DNA of 64,000 nucleotides from Candidatus Heimdallarchaeota archaeon B3_Heim (GCA_003144275.1 NJBF01000010.1:27861-91860); one strand, 5' to 3'. Shown: positions 9,697 to 20,302, counted from the stretch's first letter. The notes: generated by a model from the letters alone, not told the origin. Numbers and translations are program-made.

Positions 9697-9900
9697 ATGA
9701 TGATCCCTATACGGTGTTATACTTGCGGAAAAGTTATTGCCCACTATTATGATGATTTTTTAGACGGCATGAAAGCTGGTAAGGAAGCATCAGAACTACT
9801 AGATTCATTTGATCTAAAGCGATACTGCTGCAGAAGAATGTTAATTACACACGTAGAGCTTATTGATGATATTCTTACTTTTTCAAGCCCAGTTCGTTAA
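9697..9900 (+). CDS. rpoN: DNA-directed RNA polymerase subunit N (Rpb10 homologue)
   Basis: 67 aa with MIPIRCYTCGKVI...YCCRRML, the conserved zinc-bundle CX2C...CC motif of RpoN/Rpb10. Lies directly downstream of rps2. Confidence 0.85.
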   Translation: MMIPIRCYTCGKVIAHYYDDFLDGMKAGKEASELLDSFDLKRYCCRRMLITHVELIDDILTFSSPVR

Positions 9901-9904
9901 TTTC

Positions 9905-10013
9905 AGCCCCGTAGTGTAGTGGTCCATCACAGAGAGTTCTATAGTACGAGTTCACAAAGCGTAGAACCATGGAGAAATACTCTCTAACCTCAGTTCGAAT
10001 CTGAGCGGGGCTA
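9905..10013 (+). tRNA. intron-containing tRNA gene (about 109 nt with a ~43-nt intron in the anticodon loop); anticodon not resolved
   Basis: Perfect 7-bp acceptor stem (AGCCCCG / CGGGGCT), U8, D-arm GTG...AGTGGTCCA...CAC with G18G19, anticodon stem GAGAG/CTCTC, T-arm CTCAG-TTCGAAT-CTGAG, discriminator A. A 43-nt insertion (9937-9979) sits between the anticodon-loop 5' side and the 3' stem. The mature loop could read U-U-C-A-A or U-U-C-U-A depending on the splice junction. Confidence 0.7.
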
Positions 10014-10029
10014 TCTTAGGAGGAATTAC

Positions 10030-10941
10030 GTGGTCAAACAAATAGGTATCCTAAGTAGAAATAAAGACTATTTCCCAACAACACGATTACTTAAGGATAT
10101 CAACCAAAGAAATGATATCTCTGGTGTTTTTCTATCAACACAATATGTTTTTCCATTAATTAGTTCTTCAGGTGCTGATGCTCGATTTGCGAACCAATCC
10201 TTACTCCCACTCTTGGGGATTGTTCCACGTATTGGAAGATCTCAAACAGATTTGGGTATATTATGTTTGAAGCATTTTGAATTAATGAATATTCCAAGTA
10301 CTCTTTCAGCAGAGGCTCTTTTTCTTTCACGAGATAAGTTTCGCTGCTATCAGGCGTTATCAAAGATAAAAGGTGTACAATTACCTAGAACTATATTAAT
10401 TAATAACTCATTTCAGGCCGACCAGTTGTTAAAAGCTTTTAAATTTCCAGTGGTCATAAAACTACCTGACGCGACCCGAGGAAGTGGAAGTATGTTAGCG
10501 CCTAATCCAAAAACAGCAGAAGAGATCATTGAATCACTATTTATGCGATCTTCTGAACCAATTATGATCCAAGAATATCTTCGATCTGGGCCTCTACATA
10601 CATCTCCTCCGTCTGCGGATATCCGAGTAATCTACATAGGAAAGGAGATCATTGGCAGCATGAAACGAATAGCCCCAACTGGAGAATGGCGAACAAATTT
10701 TGCCCTTGGAGCTAATTGTGAAGCATATCAGTTGTTGGCTGAAGACGAAGAGCTAGTACATCAAATAGCAGAAAGAATTGGAATTGAAGTAGCTGGAATA
10801 GATCTTTTTCCTACCCAAAATGGGTTTTACATCCTTGAGGTAAACGCCTGTCCAGGATGGAAAGCATTTGAAATGGCCAATCCCAAGATAAACGTTGCTC
10901 AAAAAATAATTGATTATCTACTGAGAAAAATACGTCGGTAG
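10030..10941 (+). CDS. ATP-grasp family ligase (RimK/LysX/CofF-like)
   Basis: C-terminal ATP-grasp signatures (VVIKLPDATRGSGSM..., IMIQEYL, DIRVIYIGKEIIG, AGIDLF...FYILEVNACPGW). Start codon not verified. Confidence 0.7.
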   Translation: MVKQIGILSRNKDYFPTTRLLKDINQRNDISGVFLSTQYVFPLISSSGADARFANQSLLPLLGIVPRIGRSQTDLGILCLKHFELMNIPSTLSAEALFLSRDKFRCYQALSKIKGVQLPRTILINNSFQADQLLKAFKFPVVIKLPDATRGSGSMLAPNPKTAEEIIESLFMRSSEPIMIQEYLRSGPLHTSPPSADIRVIYIGKEIIGSMKRIAPTGEWRTNFALGANCEAYQLLAEDEELVHQIAERIGIEVAGIDLFPTQNGFYILEVNACPGWKAFEMANPKINVAQKIIDYLLRKIRR

Positions 10942-11039
10942 AGAGAAAACCTAATATATCCCACGGAGAAATTTTCTCAATCTTAGGAGTCATAATACTC
11001 AAATTTTGAAAATAATAACTGATTCCACTGAAAGGATTA

Positions 11040-12005
11040 ATGGTGAGCAGTACTAACGATTTTACCAAGCTAACAATAGCAAAAGAGGTACGAGGTCGAC
11101 TTCAAGAAGAATTTCCCAGTTTAATGGCACTAGCTGCGACTCCTCCTGCGGAAGTAATGAAACGCTGTGAAGTAAGTAAGTCTTCCGCGGAACGGGCTGT
11201 CAATCAAGCTCGAAAAATCATCGGGATGAATCAACCGACTACCGCAGCATCATTATTAAAGAAAGAGTTAGATAGACCAAGAATTACGACCTCTTCACAG
11301 TCTCTAGATGATATATTGGGAGGAGGTATAACAGTAGGATCCATAACGGAGTTTAGTGGGGCATTTGCGACAGGAAAAACTCAGATATCATTCCAGTTAT
11401 GTTTAAACGTTCAAAGATCAGTGGAGGATGGCGGGTTAGCAGGAAAAGCATTATTTTTAGATACTGAAAACACTTTTGCACCAGCTCGAGTAGCAGAGAT
11501 GGCATATTCCTACACAGATGATCCAAGTGAATATTTACAGAATATCTTAGTGAGTCGAGCCTATAATACAGATCATCAGATACAGCTCATAGATAAGGCA
11601 GACAAAATACTTGAGAAGAATAATATACGACTAATAATAATTGATTCTATGGCCTCACATTTTCGTGCTGAATTTCCCGGTAAAGAGAATCTTCCACGGC
11701 GTCAACAGACACTAATGGCCCATGCAGAAACCCTCCAAAGATTAGCTGAATCATACAATTTGGCTATAATCACAACTAATCAAATCCTCAGTAATCCTGA
11801 TAATTTATTTTCGGGGGCGAATAATTTAGAACCTGCATTGGGATTCGCTTGGGGTCATAGACCAACTCATAGAATTTTGTTACGAAAATCACGAGGGACG
11901 GCACGTATTGCACGAATATTTGATTCTCCCGAACTGGCAGAACGAGAAGCAGTATACCATATTACACCTCAAGGTATACGTGATGGCCCTCCTCTTGATT
12001 ACTAA
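11040..12005 (+). CDS. radA: DNA repair and recombination protein RadA
   Basis: N-terminal HhH-like domain then a RecA/Rad51 core: Walker A GAFATGKTQ, Walker B LIIIDSM, L1/L2-like loops. 321 aa. Confidence 0.85.
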   Translation: MVSSTNDFTKLTIAKEVRGRLQEEFPSLMALAATPPAEVMKRCEVSKSSAERAVNQARKIIGMNQPTTAASLLKKELDRPRITTSSQSLDDILGGGITVGSITEFSGAFATGKTQISFQLCLNVQRSVEDGGLAGKALFLDTENTFAPARVAEMAYSYTDDPSEYLQNILVSRAYNTDHQIQLIDKADKILEKNNIRLIIIDSMASHFRAEFPGKENLPRRQQTLMAHAETLQRLAESYNLAIITTNQILSNPDNLFSGANNLEPALGFAWGHRPTHRILLRKSRGTARIARIFDSPELAEREAVYHITPQGIRDGPPLDY

Positions 12006-12138
12006 CATCGGTATATTCTTATTTCATAAAAAGAGAAAGCCGTAACTGTCTCGAATACTCATTTGAGAAAATTAAGACGGTTTTTCCGTAACCTAGTCAA
12101 TAAAATAAAAATGACAAACAGATAACTGAGGCACAAGA

Positions 12139-12909
12139 TTGAACAAATCAAATGGAAATTCTTTCAGCTACTTTCATAAGGTAGCAGAAGTAAAAATAAA
12201 GTCCCCTACTGTCGTTATCCAAGGGTTACCTGGCATGGGGCTAATTGGGAAGATTGCCGCTAATTTCTTAATCGATCAGTATGATGGTGTTGAAATAGCC
12301 CGAATATACAGTTCATTTTTCCCCCCCGTTGTCCAAATTGACAATGAACAGGGGATTGGTCAATTAGCTCGTATGGAAATTTATGCCATAACCAAATCGA
12401 CTCCGAACTTATTAATTTTGACAGGAGATGCACAACCTCACGATATAGGTATTATTCAAGTACTAAACGAAGTACTTGATTTCGTCATTGAACTGAAAGC
12501 TGAAACGGTTGTGTGTTTAGGTGGATTAAGGGCATTGGAAGAAGGACCAGAAGTTGCTGCATTCGGATATAATGAAGAAACTATGAAATGGTTAGAGGAG
12601 TATGATATCACTCCATTAAAGGGAGGAGAAATAACAGGAGCGGTTGGTGTATTCTCGGCCTTAGCAGCTGAAAAAGGGTTACGAAGTTTCGGATTACTTG
12701 GAAAATTAACGCTTGTCGGTACTGACCCGTTAGCCAGCAAAAATCTGTTGAAACACTTAGCAAAACTCTTCTCACTGGATTATAAGTATGAAGATTTGGA
12801 TGGAATCATAGAGGAAGCCGTTCAGAAAAATGACTTACTTCACAAAGCTGAGGAAGCAGAAAGCTCATCAGAGGATGAAAGCTCCCGAGGACCAAGTTAT
12901 TACATTTAA
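12139..12909 (+). CDS. PAC2-family protein (proteasome assembly chaperone-like, COG1938)
   Basis: N-terminal VVIQGLPGMGLIGKIAANFLI matches the conserved GxPGxGxVG motif of archaeal PAC2/PbaB-type proteins. ~250 aa with an acidic C-terminal tail. Confidence 0.55.
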   Translation: MNKSNGNSFSYFHKVAEVKIKSPTVVIQGLPGMGLIGKIAANFLIDQYDGVEIARIYSSFFPPVVQIDNEQGIGQLARMEIYAITKSTPNLLILTGDAQPHDIGIIQVLNEVLDFVIELKAETVVCLGGLRALEEGPEVAAFGYNEETMKWLEEYDITPLKGGEITGAVGVFSALAAEKGLRSFGLLGKLTLVGTDPLASKNLLKHLAKLFSLDYKYEDLDGIIEEAVQKNDLLHKAEEAESSSEDESSRGPSYYI

Positions 12910-12910
12910 T

Positions 12911-14209
12911 TCAATGAGAGAATAAATTATTCCTTTCAGCGAATTGTAACCGTCGTCGAAATAGCGCGGTAATAAAAAAAGATGCAATCATCAGTGATAG
13001 CATAAATAGTAATCCACCAACTGGGGACTGGAACATATCAAGTAATGCACCAAAGACTGTGGGAGAAATAGAGCTAATAACAAGCCCTAGGGAAAAAACA
13101 ATTGAATAAAAAAAGGTTCTATCTTTCGCAGGAACTAAATCAGCCTGTAATGCTTGTAAAGTGCCTCCAGCCAAATAAAAACCAACAGCAAAGGTAGAAA
13201 ATCCGAAAATAATAACCAAAATCTCCGAAAAACCTAGAGTAATTATAATTAGTCCCATGATCGCAATACTAGAGATTAGTGCGGAAATAAGTATTATCCG
13301 CGTTCTTCCACGCGGACCCAATCGATCTGACTTGACAGCACCATAGATATCAGAGATAGATCCAAATAAAAGGATCAAGCTTGTTAAGACTCCTGCAAAG
13401 AAAGCATCCACAGAATAGAAATTTTTCAGTAGGGTCGTTGTAAAATAGCTAATTGATCGGTAAACTCCTCCTCGTAAAGCGCTAATTAAAATAATGAGTG
13501 CTAAACTAGTTAAAATCCAGTTTCGATGGGGAGAAGATCGAATTGAAAGGTTGTTTGATACATTAGTTACCAGTTTCTTCTCTTCCTTCGCTATTACTAA
13601 AGATTCAAAACGAGAAACCAGATTTTGAAGAAAAAGCCATAACATAAGGAATATTACAAGAAGTATACAAAATACTCCAAGGAAGAAAAAGGTTAAACGC
13701 CATGTGAACACAAAAATGGCTAGGGTTAGGGTACTGAAAGGACTCACAGCAGTTCCAATGACACCTGCTGCATGGTTGATAGCCATAGCTTTTCCACGAT
13801 TGTGTTCTGAGAAAGAATTCGCACAAACGCCTAATCCTACAGGATGATAAGTTGTACAACCAAGACCAAGAATAATATTTCCAATAAATAATCCAAAAAA
13901 GTCATTGGCTGTCGTGATACTAAAACAGGAAACAGCAAAAAGAAGGACTCCCATAAGGACAATGAAAAATCCTGTGACTGGTTTTTTACCTAAATAACCA
14001 ATTAATGGGGAGGTAAAGGCCATGATTAAAGAAGGAAGAGAACCTAAGATACCCATTTCAAGATAATTGAGAGGAATGTCATCAATAATGAGAATAAGTA
14101 AAGCTGGAAAGGCATACAATAGCACATGATGAATAAAATGAGAGATTGACATAAATCCTAGCAATTGGTGCCGAATATTCAAAGCCAAAACAGATACCTC
14201 TGGTATCAC
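12911..14209 (-). CDS. MFS-type transporter
   Basis: 432 aa, about 12 predicted TM helices in two 6-helix halves, hydrophobic composition typical of the major facilitator superfamily. Confidence 0.65.
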   Translation of the reverse strand: MIPEVSVLALNIRHQLLGFMSISHFIHHVLLYAFPALLILIIDDIPLNYLEMGILGSLPSLIMAFTSPLIGYLGKKPVTGFFIVLMGVLLFAVSCFSITTANDFFGLFIGNIILGLGCTTYHPVGLGVCANSFSEHNRGKAMAINHAAGVIGTAVSPFSTLTLAIFVFTWRLTFFFLGVFCILLVIFLMLWLFLQNLVSRFESLVIAKEEKKLVTNVSNNLSIRSSPHRNWILTSLALIILISALRGGVYRSISYFTTTLLKNFYSVDAFFAGVLTSLILLFGSISDIYGAVKSDRLGPRGRTRIILISALISSIAIMGLIIITLGFSEILVIIFGFSTFAVGFYLAGGTLQALQADLVPAKDRTFFYSIVFSLGLVISSISPTVFGALLDMFQSPVGGLLFMLSLMIASFFITALFRRRLQFAERNNLFSH

Positions 14210-14225
14210 AAGGAAAAAAGGATTC

Positions 14226-14828
14226 TTAATTTTTCTTTCGGATTTTTACTAGTTTGATCCCCACACCAAGAAGAACACCACACAAAAGGACAATAGACAG
14301 AAGAATTAAAGTCCATGAAAATGCATGTTCAAATGCAAACCGAAGAATAGCCCAAGGTAGACAAATAAAAGCGGCAAATAATTCAATTATTAGAATACGT
14401 AAGCCCCATTTCTGCCAAAACCAGACACGGTCTAGTGTGCCGCTTTTTCCTTCAAGAACTTTCATGTGGGATAATCCTGCTTGGATATAGCATGCATAGG
14501 AAAACATAGCAAGAAGAAACAAGAGAATAAAAATTATGATCATATAAGAATAATGACTTGGCCAGTAATCTGTAATAATTGAATCGGGTAACCATTGACG
14601 AATCGTATCAACGAAACCAAACTGATCTCCAATTGGTTCATCTAAAAAATTATACTGATTGGAACCAATTCTTTCAGCATTTACTGAAACCAGAAAAATT
14701 GAAGCTGTTAAGAAAAATCCTGCTAAAATAGCAGCTGCGGTAGAGAAATGGCCGAGTAAATCCAAAGCGGATTCTTTAACTATCAATCCTTCATCATAGG
14801 CTTTCTTGCGGTCATCATCAGACATCAA
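14226..14828 (-). CDS. membrane protein, unknown function
   Basis: 200 aa with 4-5 hydrophobic helices. Co-directional between two MFS genes. Confidence 0.45.
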   Translation of the reverse strand: MMSDDDRKKAYDEGLIVKESALDLLGHFSTAAAILAGFFLTASIFLVSVNAERIGSNQYNFLDEPIGDQFGFVDTIRQWLPDSIITDYWPSHYSYMIIIFILLFLLAMFSYACYIQAGLSHMKVLEGKSGTLDRVWFWQKWGLRILIIELFAAFICLPWAILRFAFEHAFSWTLILLSIVLLCGVLLGVGIKLVKIRKKN

Positions 14829-14912
14829 AATTAATCACCCAGAAATGAAATGAACTTACGAGTCATTAGACGATTATATTTTTTAACTCTTTGGCCACTA
14901 AATAGAGGGAAT

Positions 14913-16280
14913 TTAACTTATCTTGGATTCAAGATTTGGTTTAACAGGTTCATCAACAAAATAAAAGGCTAATCCACCAAGGATCCGTAACAACATCACT
15001 ACAAGGACAAGAGTATAAATTGCTGGCCATTTACCAAGAATAGGAATGAGAAATTCAGCGAGGACACCCATAGACAAAGATCCAAGGAACGTAGCAAGGC
15101 CCATAATGAGTTGATATGCACCCACATACTTACCTTTTGAGTCTTCAGGAGCAGAGTCAATGATATAAGCGGTTGTGGTGATGAAATACAACCCGTAACC
15201 AATTCCACCAATAAGGTTACCGATGGCCAATTCTACCCAATTTCTCGCAAAGAACAGAACTAATGGTATTAAGAACATTATTTTACGTCCATTAAATCCA
15301 ATTTTCTTGCCGTATTTGTCAATCAACTTTCCTCCAATAGACAGGGAAAAGATTTGGAACGCCATATGCGTTGCCCAAAGAAAACTATATTGACTTGGAG
15401 TGGTATATCGCTCACGAATAAACCCAAAAATAGGCCAACCAGTCGACATACTGAAGTCCATGAAGGCACTAATTAATACAAAACGAGTAAAGGTGGGATT
15501 TTCTCGAAACGGAGCCAGAATGTTTTGAAAAGAAAATCTAGCCGCCATTCGATCCGAGATACCATTAGGTGGATTGTGAGAATGCAATTTGAGTTCAGAA
15601 TTTCCATTGGGGTTTGTTTCTTGTAACCAGAAGAGAGAAATTAGGCCAGCGGTAAGAAATCCAATGCCTCCAATGCGATAAATTATCTGATACTGAGACG
15701 CATAGTCTGTTGAAAGAAATGGAATAAGCCACCCTGAAATAAGAAAGACTATCATGGTAAAAATAACGGTTATCGTTGTAATACGACCAATATAAGAACC
15801 TCTTGTTTCCTCATGAGATGAATCACCCAAGAATGCGATCCAAGAAGGGGTAAAGATACTGAAAGCCAACGAATAAATGATCATGGCAATCAGTAAGAAA
15901 ATAGGATCAGTGATCATAGGAAAAAGAAAGCTCATGACGGCAGAAATTAAGAGACCTGTCACTAAAAATGGTTTTCTGCCATATTTATCACTTAAGTGAC
16001 CAAAAGGTAATTGAACTGCTAACTGAATTAAATTTCTCATACTAGTGATGATTGAAAGAAGAATCGGGGAGGCCTGAATAAAAACCGCATAAATTTGGGA
16101 ATAAGTAGACACGATAAAATGGCCAGTGTCTTTTCCAATGGCTATTCCATAGATAGCTCCCTTCTTATTCTTGATTGTCAATGGTTCATCAGAAATAACC
16201 TCTAAGGGAGGATTAATCGCAATATCTGTCACGGTCTTCTCGAAAAAACGAATTCTCAGTGAAAGGAAATAGATTGTCAC
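14913..16280 (-). CDS. MFS-type transporter
   Basis: 455 aa with 12 TM helices and an MFS-like loop motif after TM2 (GHLSDKYGRKP). Confidence 0.7.
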   Translation of the reverse strand: MTIYFLSLRIRFFEKTVTDIAINPPLEVISDEPLTIKNKKGAIYGIAIGKDTGHFIVSTYSQIYAVFIQASPILLSIITSMRNLIQLAVQLPFGHLSDKYGRKPFLVTGLLISAVMSFLFPMITDPIFLLIAMIIYSLAFSIFTPSWIAFLGDSSHEETRGSYIGRITTITVIFTMIVFLISGWLIPFLSTDYASQYQIIYRIGGIGFLTAGLISLFWLQETNPNGNSELKLHSHNPPNGISDRMAARFSFQNILAPFRENPTFTRFVLISAFMDFSMSTGWPIFGFIRERYTTPSQYSFLWATHMAFQIFSLSIGGKLIDKYGKKIGFNGRKIMFLIPLVLFFARNWVELAIGNLIGGIGYGLYFITTTAYIIDSAPEDSKGKYVGAYQLIMGLATFLGSLSMGVLAEFLIPILGKWPAIYTLVLVVMLLRILGGLAFYFVDEPVKPNLESKIS

Positions 16281-16718
16281 TAAGGAAGGAGAAGGAGAAG
16301 AAAGAGTCGAGATCGACTCTGTTTCTTACTTTTTTTTGTTCAAGCTCTCTGATAGAGAACTGAGAACTCGATGAAATTCAGAAGACTTTCTCTAGTAAAA
16401 AAAGAAATAAATTACAAAAATCACAATAAACTATACTGAAAAACGATTTACTTAATAAAGTCAGATGCAAAGTTTCAAACAAGGTGGGAAAGGGAAAATA
16501 GGGCACCCGGCACAGAAGAAATCGTATATAAGTCTTGCGAAAAGGTTTATAAAGAAGGAAAAAGGCATTGTGTACAGTGGTGATTGAGGTCAGGCGCTCA
16601 CCCTAGGTGGCAATTTATTTTCCCCGTGGTTTTAGCAAGAAAGAGAATATTCTCGCATTTATTTATTGCATTAAAGTGAGAGAGCCCTAACGTATAGAGC
16701 AGAGAATCCCAATACGGA

Positions 16719-17738
16719 ATGCTAACGCCTCGACCAGAAAATCACAAGTTAGAGAAGGAACGTTCAGGAATGGCACTTATGAAAGAGGCAAAAGCAAAAC
16801 CACAGAAAAAAGGCCAAGTAGAAGACGAGGAAGAAATCCTCGAATGTAAAAACTGTGGATCAACAGATATCGTAGCAGATGAAAATAGAGGCGAATTGAT
16901 CTGTGAAAAATGCGGGTACGTACTGGAAACACGACTAATAGATGAAGGACCCGAATGGCGAGCATTTAATAGCGAAGAACGAGATAAACGAAGTCGAGTA
17001 GGATCGCCAAGCACATTTTCAGTACATGATAAAGGATTATCAACCATTATAGGATATGAAAACCGAGATACATTCGGAAATAAACTAACCGCATCACGAC
17101 GAGCACAAATCTACCGATTACGAAAATGGCAGATACGGACAAGAGTCCATAGCTCCATGGATCGAAATCTGGCATTCGCAATGTCAGAAATGGATCGGCT
17201 AGCATCACAACTAGGCATCCCACGAAATGTGAAAGAAACATCCGCGATCATCTATCGAAAAGCCATAGAGAAACGGTTGGTGCGCGGACGCTCCATAGAA
17301 GCTATGGTGGCAGCAACGATCTACGCATCCGCACGGGTACGACGAGTCCCCAGAACACTCGATGAAATCGCAAAAGAATCACGGATCACGAAAAAAGAAC
17401 TGGGACGCTGTTATCGACTCTTATTACGCGAACTATACTTAAATATCCCGTTAGCCAGCCCAATAGACTATTTGGTGCGCTTTGGAACAGAACTAAGACT
17501 CTCAGGAGTATGTCAACGAAAAGCCGCAGAAATCCTAAAACGCGCGAAAGCCGGGGGATTGACAGCAGGGAAAGACCCAACCGGCCTAGCCGCCGCCGCA
17601 ATCTATATCAGCGGAATAATCAACGGAGAACGACGGACACAACGGGAAATAAGTGAAGTTGCGCACGTTACCGAAGTTACAGTGAGAAATCGCTACAAAG
17701 AGCTTGTGCGTAAGCTTAGTATTGAGATTACCGTCTAG
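16719..17738 (+). CDS. tfb: transcription initiation factor IIB (TFB)
   Basis: N-terminal Zn ribbon (CKNCGS...CEKCG), B-finger/linker, then two cyclin-fold repeats (KETSAIIYRKAIEK...RSIEAMVAATIYASAR and ...AAEILKRAKAGGLTAGKDPTGLAAAAIYISG). The true start may be the internal Met (MALMKEAKAK). Confidence 0.9.
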   Translation: MLTPRPENHKLEKERSGMALMKEAKAKPQKKGQVEDEEEILECKNCGSTDIVADENRGELICEKCGYVLETRLIDEGPEWRAFNSEERDKRSRVGSPSTFSVHDKGLSTIIGYENRDTFGNKLTASRRAQIYRLRKWQIRTRVHSSMDRNLAFAMSEMDRLASQLGIPRNVKETSAIIYRKAIEKRLVRGRSIEAMVAATIYASARVRRVPRTLDEIAKESRITKKELGRCYRLLLRELYLNIPLASPIDYLVRFGTELRLSGVCQRKAAEILKRAKAGGLTAGKDPTGLAAAAIYISGIINGERRTQREISEVAHVTEVTVRNRYKELVRKLSIEITV

Positions 17739-17951
17739 ACGGTATCTCCATTCTTTTTTATCTTTTTCGGGGAGTTCGAACTACTTACGGATGATTTAAT
17801 AGTAGTCCATTTTTTTTTGTCATTAGTAATTCTAAATATCAAGGGTTTCTAACACCCTCCGTATCGAGTCTTCTTGACTGGAGACAATGAAAACGCAAAA
17901 ACGTTATAATCTAGAGGAATTTCATAAAATGAGCTATGGAGGATTTCAAAT

Positions 17952-18836
17952 ATGACTGCAATTAGAGAGCCAGGCAAAATAAATCCAGACACTACGTTAA
18001 TCGATTTTGGCTTTTCAGATGTTCTTGGGGTTGGAGGAGTTTATCTGATTGAATCAGGAAAATCATGTTTAATTGATAGTGGGACTACAACTGGAGCTCC
18101 ACGTATCATTAAGAAGTTAAAAGAACTAAATGCCTTTCCGCCTGATTACATCCTATTAACTCACTCTCATTGGGATCATTGTCAAGGTGTTCCTTTATTA
18201 AGGGAAAAAGCTATGAAAGAGCAAAAATCCGTACAGGTGCTAGCCTCTGAGGTAGCTATTCCTTTACTAGCTGATCAATCCTTTAATGAAGTATTTCATG
18301 CAAAAGAGAGGTTTCAGAATATTCAAGATGTAGGTTCCTTAAAAGAAGGGGATACAGTAGATCTCGACGGAATTTTACTGAAGATATACAGCACACCTGG
18401 GCATTCAAAAGATCAAATTTCTATCCTTGACGAGAAAAATAAAAATCTCTTTGTCGGTGATACCTTTGGTATGAAAGTAGCTAATAATGCTTTTCTGTCC
18501 TCAATTATGCCTCCTTTTTGTAATAAAGATGATTTCACTTCTACCATTCAAAAACTAAAACAAATTGATTATGACAGCATTAGTTTAGCCCACTTTGGTT
18601 TAATTTATGATAATGAAGCTAGGAGTATATTAGATGAGGCACAGACGATTTTTAACCAGACTTGGCAAATTTTCGAAACAGCGGAACAAAATAACCAACT
18701 AGATGATATGAAATATGTTTATCAGTTAATTATGCAAGAGATAAAACCCACCATACCTGAATTTGAGTTACAGAAAACCTCTATGCGAATAATACTAAAG
18801 GGAATTAATGGTTTTAGGCGAATTGTCAGGAAATAA
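17952..18836 (+). CDS. MBL-fold metallo-hydrolase
   Basis: HxHxDH motif (LTHSHWDHCQG), downstream His/Asp ligands (TPGHS, GDTF, AHFG). Confidence 0.75.
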   Translation: MTAIREPGKINPDTTLIDFGFSDVLGVGGVYLIESGKSCLIDSGTTTGAPRIIKKLKELNAFPPDYILLTHSHWDHCQGVPLLREKAMKEQKSVQVLASEVAIPLLADQSFNEVFHAKERFQNIQDVGSLKEGDTVDLDGILLKIYSTPGHSKDQISILDEKNKNLFVGDTFGMKVANNAFLSSIMPPFCNKDDFTSTIQKLKQIDYDSISLAHFGLIYDNEARSILDEAQTIFNQTWQIFETAEQNNQLDDMKYVYQLIMQEIKPTIPEFELQKTSMRIILKGINGFRRIVRK

Positions 18837-19031
18837 CCGATTTCCACCGCGACTATAATGATGAAAGAGGTTCTGGGATGGCAGGTGGACGGATATAAAA
18901 TTGCTAATGGTATTATTTGAGCCTTTCATTCCATCGTCTTTTCTACAGAAGACCAGGTAATATTACGTGCAGGAATCATTTCTTTTTTGAACTCATTAGG
19001 AATCTTCATATCATCGTCAGGTGATTTATGA

Positions 19032-19640
19032 ATGTATTTTTCTAATAAACTCGGAAATCGGGAGGTTCTTGGATTTTTACTCTTTTTTGGTCCACTCCAG
19101 TTTATCATAACAGTGTTAATTGCAGAAGGAATTGCAGATTCTTATAATTCTAGTCTTTATTATGTTAGTTCATTAGGTGTGGGTACAACAGCATTCCTTT
19201 TCAATACTACTGTGCTTATCCTCGGATTATGTGTCCTTTTAGGCACATATTTTTTCTACAAAGAATATGCAGTACGAGTACCCACCCTTTTCCTTTTACT
19301 CACCGCCATTTGTGCCATCGGAGTTGGTATCTTTCCTGAAGACAGTCCTCCTTTTCACGGAATTTTCACAGGCTTTGTATTTTTATTTGCTGCGATTTTT
19401 CTAATTTCTTCAATTAAGATAGACCAATCGTTCACTCTTGTTTCCATGACAATTTTAGGAGGAGTTATTCTCAGCGCAAGTATACTCTTTCTTCCCTATC
19501 TTGGTTTGGAGGTGGAAGATCCTCAAACATTTTTAGGTTTTATGAAGGGTACACTGGAACGCTTTATTATATATCCCACCTTATCAGGCTTTCTTGTCCT
19601 CAGTGGGTATCTAAGTAGAAAGACAGAAGCTAATGGATAA
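19032..19640 (+). CDS. integral membrane protein, unknown function
   Basis: 202 aa with 6 hydrophobic segments. Confidence 0.45.
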   Translation: MYFSNKLGNREVLGFLLFFGPLQFIITVLIAEGIADSYNSSLYYVSSLGVGTTAFLFNTTVLILGLCVLLGTYFFYKEYAVRVPTLFLLLTAICAIGVGIFPEDSPPFHGIFTGFVFLFAAIFLISSIKIDQSFTLVSMTILGGVILSASILFLPYLGLEVEDPQTFLGFMKGTLERFIIYPTLSGFLVLSGYLSRKTEANG

Positions 19641-19733
19641 TCAAATGGAATGAATTTTCCATCATCTGATCATTCCAAATGATTTTTGGCTTCTTGAATT
19701 TCCACATGTACAAATATTTTTAAAGAATTCTCG

Positions 19734-20234
19734 TTGTCCCTTGAAAAGAATGATGGGATACTCTTGGCTGTCCGTATACGAGAAATAACAGAAAACGATT
19801 TCACCGCGGTTCGAAAGATTTTTGTTGAATCCAGTAGCTTTCATGAACAGGTTGACTCAATATTTGCTTCTATTAAAGAGGCGGATCAAATATGGCTAAA
19901 TTATATTACTACTATTTTACAGCAGGATGATTTCAAAATCTACGTTGCGCTACACGGCGAACAGATTGTCGGTTTCTGTGTTGGTCAGATAATTGAAAAA
20001 CCGCCTATATATCAAGTGAAAAAAATTGGCCAGGTCAATAATATTGCCGTGAAAGAAGGCCATAAACGACAAGGGGTTGGTAAGGCATTATTAGAGACAA
20101 TAAAAGCTTGGTTCATGACTCAGCAGGTGAATCACATCGAACTATTAGTCGCTACAAATAATCCCCAATCTCTAGGGTTTTGGAAAAAAATGGGAGGGAG
20201 AGAGTTCATGAAAAAGATGGTTATTCGATTCTAA
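19734..20234 (+). CDS. GNAT-family N-acetyltransferase
   Basis: Acetyl-CoA binding motif A (Q/RxxGxG/A: RQGVGKALL) and typical GNAT beta-strand spacing. Confidence 0.7.
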   Translation: MSLEKNDGILLAVRIREITENDFTAVRKIFVESSSFHEQVDSIFASIKEADQIWLNYITTILQQDDFKIYVALHGEQIVGFCVGQIIEKPPIYQVKKIGQVNNIAVKEGHKRQGVGKALLETIKAWFMTQQVNHIELLVATNNPQSLGFWKKMGGREFMKKMVIRF

Positions 20235-20302
20235 GTCTTTACATGCAATAAATGTGAAAAAATTAAAAAAAAATAGGTGAAAAGAGGATTTCTATTCACT
20301 GA

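Noticed and set aside
9905-10013. Reading the tRNA anticodon as CUA and calling it a suppressor or pyrrolysine tRNA.
   Set aside because: The structure is a standard cloverleaf with an intron, not the compact pylT shape. There are no pyl genes in the window. The CUA reading depends on an unverified splice junction.
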